The position numbers and the translations under genes are program-made. Below are positions 55,709 through 62,772 of a stretch of DNA of 64,000 nucleotides, piece by piece. Origin of the DNA: a virus; IMG/VR virus record IMGVR_UViG_3300020347_000003, positions 8,115 through 72,114 of that record; one strand, given 5' to 3'. The notes under the pieces are model-generated. The model was not told the DNA's origin. It searched no databases and saw only the letters and a program-made list of their open reading frames with translations. The first letter of the stretch is position 1. The number at the start of each line of letters is the position of its first letter.

Positions 55709-55722
55709 TATTTATATAAATA
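55709..55722. promoter_or_regulatory. Overlapping divergent T4 late promoters
   Basis: TATTTATATAAATA = TATAAATA on the minus strand (55709-55716) and plus strand (55715-55722). Confidence 0.7.
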
Positions 55723-55752
55723 ATTAAAATTCAAATAACAAGAGGGTTTTAT

Positions 55753-56550
55753 ATGCTGAATGAAGCTGCAAAACAATATGAAAAACATGTAGTTACCAGT
55801 TGGTTGGGACAATTGCATGCAAAATTAGCCGCAGCAGCATATGAAGATCCCGATATAGCAAAACCAATCTATAAGGCAGAAGGTTTCACCGGATCGAAAT
55901 TTTTCGAAAAGGATGGAGCCCAAGCATATGCAGTTTGGAACAAAGAATATATCGTTCTTTGCTTTAGGGGCACCGAGCCATCAGAAACTAATGATCTCAA
56001 GGCAGATCTTAATGTTTGGCCGGATTGTGGAGAAGTCGGGGGACTTGTTCACAATGGCTTCCAAAACGAGGTGGATAAGATTTGGGGAAGTGTTCTTAAA
56101 ACAGTTTCTTCAAAAACTCACGCCTCTAAAAAGTTGACCATGTGTGGCCATTCGCTCGGTGGGGCAATGGCCACCTTGGCAGCTTCCAGATTAAAAGATA
56201 GGGTACATTCTCTCTATACATTTGGTTCACCCCGTGTTGGCAATAAAGATTTCGTCAACGCTATTAAAGACCTGACCCATTATAGGTTTGTTAACAACAA
56301 CGACATCGTTCCTACAGTCCCTTTCAGGTGGATGGGTTTTCGACACCACGGTGAATGCATGTACTTTAATTACTCTGGCATCTTAAGGAAGTATACCTTC
56401 TGGGAAGATCGATTGGATAAATTAAAAGGCAAGTGGACGGCTCTTAAAAAAGGCCAAGTCTTTGATGGACTGTATGATCACGGTGCAAACTATTATTGTC
56501 AATATACAGCGAGTAATCATGAGCGTCAAGGAAAGATTAGCAAGAGCTAA
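55753..56550 (+). CDS. Lipase class 3 (alpha/beta hydrolase)
   Basis: FRGTE, VHNGF, GHSLGG nucleophile elbow, TFGSPRVG, DIVPTVP. Confidence 0.92.
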   Translation: MLNEAAKQYEKHVVTSWLGQLHAKLAAAAYEDPDIAKPIYKAEGFTGSKFFEKDGAQAYAVWNKEYIVLCFRGTEPSETNDLKADLNVWPDCGEVGGLVHNGFQNEVDKIWGSVLKTVSSKTHASKKLTMCGHSLGGAMATLAASRLKDRVHSLYTFGSPRVGNKDFVNAIKDLTHYRFVNNNDIVPTVPFRWMGFRHHGECMYFNYSGILRKYTFWEDRLDKLKGKWTALKKGQVFDGLYDHGANYYCQYTASNHERQGKISKS

Positions 56551-56731
56551 AGTATTAATCATCGGTATGTTCGATCCCTCGTGGGATTGGAAACTTGGTC
56601 TAAGTATTAACCAAAGACTCATACGGTTAGAAGAGTGGACTCATCCGCCTGTTGCCCCCGGTGGTGCAACTGAGCTTGATGATAAAATCCGTAAACTAGA
56701 AAAAAGAATAGCAAAGCTGGAGAAAAAATAA
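56519..56731 (+). CDS. Small coiled-coil protein
   Basis: RLEEWTHPP...IRKLEKRIAKLE. Confidence 0.6.
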   Translation: MSVKERLARAKVLIIGMFDPSWDWKLGLSINQRLIRLEEWTHPPVAPGGATELDDKIRKLEKRIAKLEKK

Positions 56732-56928
56732 TGTCAGACGAGACAGATACGCACCGCGAGATAATGAATCACTATAGCAACTACCTAATGGAAGAAGCTA
56801 AGTTTGAAGAGAAGGGTGTCAAGGCCTCAGCAACAAGAGCTCGTAAGCACTTGGGCGAGATCGGTAAATTAGTAAAGGTTCGCCGTGCTGAAATCCAAGA
56901 AAAGAAAAATAGCATGGAGCAGAAGTAG
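56731..56928 (+). CDS. Histone H1-like (Hc1-type) small basic protein
   Basis: KFEEKGVKASATRARKHLGEIGKLVKVRRAEIQ. Confidence 0.7.
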   Translation: MSDETDTHREIMNHYSNYLMEEAKFEEKGVKASATRARKHLGEIGKLVKVRRAEIQEKKNSMEQK

Positions 56929-56936
56929 AATTCTAA

Positions 56937-57152
56937 ATGAAATGGAAATTTTGGGAGGCTGAACCCCTACCCATACCACCCGAAAAAGAAAAAATAGATG
57001 TCATGAAGGATGATACAGATCCTTCCGACGTCAGTATCGAAAACGCGTATAAGACTCGGTGGATTTGGTACCATACAATTTTGGCATTGGAAATTTTGAT
57101 GACGAATATATTATTGATCGCTATACTCATTGTCCTATCAATAAAATTATAA
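56937..57152 (+). CDS. Small membrane protein
   Basis: C-terminal TM. Confidence 0.65.
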   Translation: MKWKFWEAEPLPIPPEKEKIDVMKDDTDPSDVSIENAYKTRWIWYHTILALEILMTNILLIAILIVLSIKL

Positions 57153-57163
57153 GGAATTATCTA

Positions 57164-57487
57164 ATGGCAGAAGAAGAAAGTAAGACGTATCACCCAGCCG
57201 ATACTAACGGTGATGGTAAGGTAACTGATGCAGAAGAGCAAATGTTTTTAGAGTTCAAACGAAAGGAACTTGAAGATGCAGATGCAATGAGAGATGCACA
57301 GAGATCAATGGCATGGTTTGCCTTGTTCGGTATGCTTCTCTACCCATTTGCTGTAGTACTTGCTACATTCGTAGGTCTGGATCAGGCGTCGAAAATTCTT
57401 GGTGATATGGCTGCAACCTATTTCGTGTCGGTAGCTGCAATTGTTGCTGCCTTCTTCGGCGGACAGGCATTCGCTTCAAAGAAATAG
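57164..57487 (+). CDS. Two-TM protein with EF-hand-like loop (holin candidate)
   Basis: DTNGDGKVTDAE followed by two TM helices. Confidence 0.6.
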   Translation: MAEEESKTYHPADTNGDGKVTDAEEQMFLEFKRKELEDADAMRDAQRSMAWFALFGMLLYPFAVVLATFVGLDQASKILGDMAATYFVSVAAIVAAFFGGQAFASKK

Positions 57488-57489
57488 AC

Positions 57490-58332
57490 CTAGTCTATAG
57501 GCATCACATTGCCATATGACTGAGTTTTCGGGCAACAATGTTCATAATCAAATAATTGATCTAATGTCGAATGTTGCCCGACTCTTTCCCACCAACTATT
57601 CACGTAATCATACGATCTCTGTGCTACATGCTCGAGATCTTTTCGGGATCGTCGAACTGGATCAATCGTCTGAAATTTCGGTACATTGTGGTTGATGATT
57701 GGATAAATGTAGAAATAACCCAAACCAAAGACCGTATTCTCAATCGTGGCTTCCCATCTTTCATATGTGCCAGATCGAGGTCCATCAGCTGGTGGCCCTT
57801 GTTTTATGATAAAGGGCATTTTAAAGTGAATCGTATTATCATCGGTGAAATAGTAATCGATAATCTTTTTGGCATAATGTCTTTTGATAATATAACATTG
57901 CAGACCATGATCAAATCCATTTCGATGCCGAGGATACATTACAGCCCAGCCTTCGTGCATTACACAAAGCTGTATGCCATCCCATAGAGGTCCGAATCTC
58001 TCAAGTAGCTGATCGAATCGAAAAGGCCATTTCTTGGTGACTTCGAAATCGGCGTCATCTTCAAAAATTGCAACCATATCTTCGTCGGACTCTTCATACC
58101 AACGCTTTATTGTAAGTAGGTGAGAGGTGGTAGCCCCAAGAGGTAGCATATCTAATACGGCTTGATCCCCAGTCACTTTCACATCGGAATTTTCCCAGCG
58201 CTCATACTGATAAATCTCATAGTCAGTAATACCTAATTTGGCAAATTCTCCTGCCATATATTCTCGGCGATCAGCAGCCTCTTTTACATTGACTACCCTA
58301 CATTGAGGAAAGCCTGTCATTCTTTCAATCAT
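57490..58332 (-). CDS. Glycosyltransferase, GT25-like
   Basis: VNV...DRR, SHL, IFEDD, WDxIQL, CYII. Confidence 0.8.
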   Translation of the reverse strand: MIERMTGFPQCRVVNVKEAADRREYMAGEFAKLGITDYEIYQYERWENSDVKVTGDQAVLDMLPLGATTSHLLTIKRWYEESDEDMVAIFEDDADFEVTKKWPFRFDQLLERFGPLWDGIQLCVMHEGWAVMYPRHRNGFDHGLQCYIIKRHYAKKIIDYYFTDDNTIHFKMPFIIKQGPPADGPRSGTYERWEATIENTVFGLGYFYIYPIINHNVPKFQTIDPVRRSRKDLEHVAQRSYDYVNSWWERVGQHSTLDQLFDYEHCCPKTQSYGNVMPID

Positions 58333-58334
58333 GT

Positions 58335-59156
58335 TTACTCCATTTCAAAAAAGGTAGATTCTCGCTGCATTCTTTCGGTCATCAAAAACTCTTTGACTAT
58401 ATCGATATAGTCTGGCCTATTCTTTGGTACCCACACACCGATTTTTGGTATATCACCAATCTTGTGATAATTATGCTCTTCTAAAAGTTCGGAGGCAGAT
58501 GTAACACCATAATCTTCTAGCATTACGATGGGTCTATATTTGTGCAGAGTTCTGCCAGCCCCTTCCAAGACCTTGCGCTCATGACCCTCCACATCAATAT
58601 GCATTAAGACAACATTTTCCATGTCGTACATATCGACTGTATGCGCGTTTGTGACTTGACCTTTTTTGGCAACGGGTTGGCCATCAATCAGACTGCCTAG
58701 GACATCTTCTGTGTGTAAGACCATTTGACTGTCGACGAAGAACGAACCTATCTCATTCGAAAGAGCCGCATGAAAGAGCATGACATTTGATAGCTCATTC
58801 TGATTAGTTGTCAGCAGACAAGCATAATAATTTTCGTGGACTGGTTCAAATGCATAGACCTTACCTTCTGGGTTTGACTTGGAGAACGAAGGTAGCATAT
58901 CGCCAACGAACGCACCAGCATGAATCACATCTTTCCCTGGTATCTTATTACAGATATGTCGCACCAGCATGTGCGTAATCTCTTCGAATTGAAACCCACG
59001 AAGTAGACACTTGGCTGCAGGTTGAGTCTCTACAACACTAGGTATAAAAAAGGTTTCTGGTATTGCATCGAACAAATTCCACCATTCAATTTGCTTGAAT
59101 TTGATGGGTATCACTTTATCTTTGATGAGTACTCGAAGCATCTGGTGCTGTGACAT
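58335..59156 (-). CDS. FkbM-family methyltransferase
   Basis: HAGAFVG, AFEP, HIDVEGHE. Confidence 0.85.
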   Translation of the reverse strand: MSQHQMLRVLIKDKVIPIKFKQIEWWNLFDAIPETFFIPSVVETQPAAKCLLRGFQFEEITHMLVRHICNKIPGKDVIHAGAFVGDMLPSFSKSNPEGKVYAFEPVHENYYACLLTTNQNELSNVMLFHAALSNEIGSFFVDSQMVLHTEDVLGSLIDGQPVAKKGQVTNAHTVDMYDMENVVLMHIDVEGHERKVLEGAGRTLHKYRPIVMLEDYGVTSASELLEEHNYHKIGDIPKIGVWVPKNRPDYIDIVKEFLMTERMQRESTFFEME

Positions 59157-59167
59157 TTATAATCCTT

Positions 59168-59293
59168 TTAATTATTGTCTTCGTCGAACGTTTTCTTTAT
59201 CAGTGTATATGTAGCCACACCCGTATATACGAGAGTACACATGGTTACAACCATTACTGCTATCAGAAAACCAGAGAGAATTACATCTACCAT
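59168..59293 (-). CDS. Small single-TM protein (41 aa)
   Basis: Manual translation MVDVILSGFLIAVMVV...; GGAG SD. Confidence 0.5.
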   Translation of the reverse strand: MVDVILSGFLIAVMVVTMCTLVYTGVATYTLIKKTFDEDNN

Positions 59294-59294
59294 A

Positions 59295-60032
59295 TCAACT
59301 CCCATGTTTCTCAATGAACTCGTAGTCTTGCCGATAGTAGTCTTTCAGCCAATCTATCTGTTTGGGCGTGAACATGTCTTTGGTGATTTCATATTTGGTT
59401 TTATTATCATGCTTTTGAGTATTGAAAATAGAACATATATCTCGTTTCCAGCCGAATTGAAATTCACTAAAATTCTTTGTATCGACGTACAGAGATTGGT
59501 TGTGAAAGTGGTGTGGCTGATGACCTGAATGCAGGACATCTAAATTATTAAAGAATAAATGCCATCGCTCCTCAAAGGATTTAAATTCTATATCAATGCC
59601 ACAGTTATGTTTGAATGCATTTTGTCCATAACTCCAATAACGACCACCCTCGACAAAATAAGTATTGACGGTAGAAATGAATCGACCAATCGGATCACTG
59701 AAAATGACGTGCGGTTTGTAATTCTTGACCAAGTCCTGATAGACAGGATCTGATCTCAGAATATGTTTTCGCTCTGGGTGGGACTCTTTTATCGTGACCG
59801 AACCACTCCGAGGTATCTCAAACCAACATTGGTAATCAGTGGGGTCTTCATAAAGTTTATACAGCAGTGGCCATTTAATCCTATCACAGTGATAACAGCG
59901 ACAGTCTCTTATGGTTTTGGGAGCGCGCAAGATTGTAGGACCACCAGCAACGTGTTCATCACCAGAGGTCTTTTTGATTTCGGGGTATTTTACCTGCTGA
60001 TAGGCATTCAATAATTCATTACGACTTAACAT
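59295..60032 (-). CDS. Sulfotransferase family 2-like protein
   Basis: EIPRSGS, DPIGRFIS, HFxxQ, YxQDY; N-terminal CxCxxC. Confidence 0.7.
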   Translation of the reverse strand: MLSRNELLNAYQQVKYPEIKKTSGDEHVAGGPTILRAPKTIRDCRCYHCDRIKWPLLYKLYEDPTDYQCWFEIPRSGSVTIKESHPERKHILRSDPVYQDLVKNYKPHVIFSDPIGRFISTVNTYFVEGGRYWSYGQNAFKHNCGIDIEFKSFEERWHLFFNNLDVLHSGHQPHHFHNQSLYVDTKNFSEFQFGWKRDICSIFNTQKHDNKTKYEITKDMFTPKQIDWLKDYYRQDYEFIEKHGS

Positions 60033-60035
60033 ACT

Positions 60036-60218
60036 TTAACTCAATTCAAATACTTCAATAACCTTGTCTTTGGGAACATCGATGACCATGCCATCATGAC
60101 GCTTGACGAAATAGGACGACGTATCATCACCATTCAGTTCTTCTGGCAAGACACCAGCAGTCTCTAGTTCAACGGCCGGTTTCATCGGGTGAAAATAAGT
60201 GATTCTGACCTTACGCAT
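60036..60218 (-). CDS. Hypothetical protein
   Basis: 60-aa ORF, coupled. Confidence 0.55.
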   Translation of the reverse strand: MRKVRITYFHPMKPAVELETAGVLPEELNGDDTSSYFVKRHDGMVIDVPKDKVIEVFELS

Positions 60219-60448
60219 TATACGACCGCTCGATCTACGACCTGACTGGTCGAATAGGTGTACTCCTTGCCATTCACATCGTACATGGTGAACGAATAAT
60301 TCACCTCACGAATATGGTAATTTCCATCGGCAGACTTATATGTCGACTGTGTAGACTTTTCTGTCTGCACGACATTTGCTTGGGTCGCGGGATTGACTCG
60401 GTATGAGTCATTCAGAGCAACCACATTGTTGTTGTTGACACTATCCAT
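60218..60448 (-). CDS. Hypothetical protein
   Basis: 76-aa ORF ending YDVNG...VVDRAV. Confidence 0.55.
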   Translation of the reverse strand: MDSVNNNNVVALNDSYRVNPATQANVVQTEKSTQSTYKSADGNYHIREVNYSFTMYDVNGKEYTYSTSQVVDRAVV

Positions 60449-60659
60449 AATTTTCTAACTCCGGCTTCTCTGTTTTGTTGAAGATATAATGAGCGTAGTC
60501 CTCATACAGTCTGAGCATGGAACCATTCTCTTGGCACATTGCTTGAATTGCTTTGCGTTCGTCACTACCTTTTACATAGTAACGATGGTCGTCACTGTAA
60601 GTGTAATACCAGTCGTGCTTCTCAAGAAGCTCCCAAAGCTTTTCCATGTCTTTAACCAT
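60441..60659 (-). CDS. Hypothetical protein
   Basis: HDWYYxYSDDHR motif. Confidence 0.7.
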   Translation of the reverse strand: MVKDMEKLWELLEKHDWYYTYSDDHRYYVKGSDERKAIQAMCQENGSMLRLYEDYAHYIFNKTEKPELENYG

Positions 60660-60849
60660 TTAGTTGTTGTATCATCCCTGTGTCCCAATTCTCTGAAAGA
60701 TCTTGGGCATAGTAGTAATTGTGCTCAGGCAATTCTCTTGTCTGCACAAGCTTACCATCTTCCCACAAATCGACTACGAACATTTCACCTGATTCCGTTC
60801 GTTGTGTGGGTACTCTTCGAATTTCACTGTGTCTATTGGCCATGGTCAA
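60652..60849 (-). CDS. Hypothetical protein
   Basis: HNYYYAQDLSENW motif. Confidence 0.65.
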   Translation of the reverse strand: MTMANRHSEIRRVPTQRTESGEMFVVDLWEDGKLVQTRELPEHNYYYAQDLSENWDTGMIQQLNG

Positions 60850-60875
60850 TCCCTCTAATCGATTTCTGTAAGTAT

Positions 60876-61010
60876 TTATTCAAGCTCTTCACCTTTGAGC
60901 TTGTGCTTACGATAACCACGTGAGGCCGCTTTCTTGCGATCCTTATGCGTGGCAGGTTTGTTGAACTTATTCAAGTTCTTGGCTACCGGATTTCGTTTGT
61001 TCCTTTCCAT
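60876..61010 (-). CDS. Small basic protein
   Basis: Manual translation MERNKRNPVAKNLNKFNKP..DRKK..RGYRKHK. Confidence 0.55.
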   Translation of the reverse strand: MERNKRNPVAKNLNKFNKPATHKDRKKAASRGYRKHKLKGEELE

Positions 61011-61143
61011 GTTTCCTAAACCTTTTGTTGTAAGATCGCTTAGCGGCCTTGATCATCTGCTTTGAAGGTGCGATGAGTTTTCTCCAGCCAGTGTGAACAT
61101 CATATTCATCACCACCCTTCAAGCGGATCCTTTCCTTTTTCAC
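60967..61143 (-). CDS. Small basic protein
   Basis: Manual translation MKKERIRLKGGDEYDVHTGWRK...YNKRFRK. Confidence 0.55.
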   Translation of the reverse strand: MKKERIRLKGGDEYDVHTGWRKLIAPSKQMIKAAKRSYNKRFRKHGKEQTKSGSQELE

Positions 61144-61412
61144 GAGACAATGGCCTTGACATGTTCTGCAGATATAATCACAGCATCTTGTCTATTGATA
61201 CGAACAGGCATCGATTGATCCCAGGCCAAATAAACCGTATCACCTTGCTGGATCATCCCAGCGCTGGGGCCAACTGCAATAACGACACCAGGTTCTGATG
61301 CAGTCTTTTTGGGTTCACTTGTCAAGATAATACCGCCATCTGACATTGTTTCTTTTTCTTCTTTTGGGACAGCTGCAATTAGCACGTTGTCACCTATCAT
61401 TTGAATAGCCAT
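61140..61412 (-). CDS. groES: Co-chaperonin GroES (functional analogue of T4 gp31)
   Basis: DNVLI, GGIIL mobile loop, GVVIAVGP, GDTV. Confidence 0.85.
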   Translation of the reverse strand: MAIQMIGDNVLIAAVPKEEKETMSDGGIILTSEPKKTASEPGVVIAVGPSAGMIQQGDTVYLAWDQSMPVRINRQDAVIISAEHVKAIVS

Positions 61413-61432
61413 TACTTACCTCATTTTTAGAT

Positions 61433-61509
61433 TGGCCGACCCAGTAGGACTCGAACCTACAACCTACAGCTTAGAAGGCTGTTGCACTATCCGATTGTGC
61501 TATGGGCCG
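61433..61509 (-). tRNA. tRNA-Arg (TCT)
   Basis: ACAGC-CTTCTAA-GCTGT anticodon arm, GGTTCGAGTCC T-arm, encoded CCA. Confidence 0.95.
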
Positions 61510-61516
61510 GAAGTTT

Positions 61517-61957
61517 TTATATGAACTCACCGTCTTCGAAACTTTGAACCAGTTTCAGTTGTAGTCGACGGGCTTCTTTTTCCCATGGTTGATCCCAGTA
61601 TTCTGCATTAGAGAAGTTACGTTTTTTCCAATGAGTCAACTGAGGGTTGAGTTCACCTCGAGCAAACTGTTTGACGTGGACCAATTCATGGGCAAGAATA
61701 CTCATCCAGTTAGAATAGAGAGCCACGTCGATAATGAATGTCCTCTTATCTATACAATCACAGAGACCTTCGGTGGTCGATCCACGTTCTACAACAATAT
61801 TTTTATGAAAGCGAATTTGAATCGATGTTTTCAGACGATGAATGCCCAGTTGTTTACAAAAACTCATAGCAGCCATTGTTGCCATGGCATTGAGAGTGAC
61901 CGGTACTTCGCCACCTTGTGGACCCGAGACCCATATACCCATGTTACTCATATACAT
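61517..61957 (-). CDS. Zincin-like metallopeptidase
   Basis: LAHELVHVKQ (HExxH) and PWEKEA. Confidence 0.8.
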   Translation of the reverse strand: MYMSNMGIWVSGPQGGEVPVTLNAMATMAAMSFCKQLGIHRLKTSIQIRFHKNIVVERGSTTEGLCDCIDKRTFIIDVALYSNWMSILAHELVHVKQFARGELNPQLTHWKKRNFSNAEYWDQPWEKEARRLQLKLVQSFEDGEFI

Positions 61958-62121
61958 ACCTCATACAATTAATATAAACAGAATGAACACTACAAGTATC
62001 AAACCTGCATTATCGAAGGCTGTCTCAGCTACTTTTGCAATAATACCGAGAAACACCGCGATAAGAAAAACGAAGACTAGGAAGCTGAAAAGAAACGTTG
62101 CTTCGATCACCTCTAAGAACC

Positions 62122-62328
62122 TCAATATTCCGCTTCACGGTGGGCAAGATCCTCTCGCCCAATCTCACTGAAATCAAAATCTTCAGCCTTGTCTATATAA
62201 AGAACAAAGTCTGAACTTCTGGACTTGGTCAGTGACTTGAGAGCCTTTGCATTTTTCTTCTTCTCTCGACGATCAGCCAATTCAAGTTCTCTCATGGCAA
62301 TTTGGACATCATCTATTTCGTCATACAT
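62122..62328 (-). CDS. Hypothetical early protein
   Basis: First ORF after leftward early promoters. Confidence 0.6.
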   Translation of the reverse strand: MYDEIDDVQIAMRELELADRREKKKNAKALKSLTKSRSSDFVLYIDKAEDFDFSEIGREDLAHREAEY

Positions 62329-62362
62329 ATTACATACCTTATTTCATTGAGTTGATGGGTAC

Positions 62363-62515
62363 ATTTTAATTGGTTCTTGACGGTTTGTCAACACGTTGGG
62401 GAAAAAATGTTTAGATCTTTTTGGAATATACATATAACCAATTGAAAGGTTGTTTAAAGACAATAATCTTTTCATCCGATAGAAGAATTATAATTGGTTT
62501 TGGGCCCCTTGTCAA
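62363..62515 (-). promoter_or_regulatory. Two tandem leftward sigma70 promoters
   Basis: TTGACA-17-TAAAAT (62363-62391) and TTGACA-17-TATAAT (62487-62515). Confidence 0.8.
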
Positions 62516-62645
62516 CACTTTTTTTCAATTAATTCGAATTATTTTTAGAACCCTATACAAATCAATTGTGTAGCATGATCAAGTGAGATTGAACCTCAGA
62601 TATCCCTGCTAAGTGGTTGTTTTCATTAAAAAGACGAGAAAAGTG

Positions 62646-62748
62646 TTGACATCAGTGTTTTTGCCTGATATAATGGTCGCATGAAATATGAAAAATATGA
62701 AATTAATTTAAAAAAATGGTTGACAGACAGAGCTAGACCTGATACTAT
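62646..62748 (+). promoter_or_regulatory. Two tandem rightward sigma70 promoters
   Basis: TTGACA-17-TATAAT (62646-62674) and TTGACA-17-TACTAT (62720-62748). Confidence 0.8.
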
Positions 62749-62772
62749 GACAGATCTGAAATGGAGCACTGA

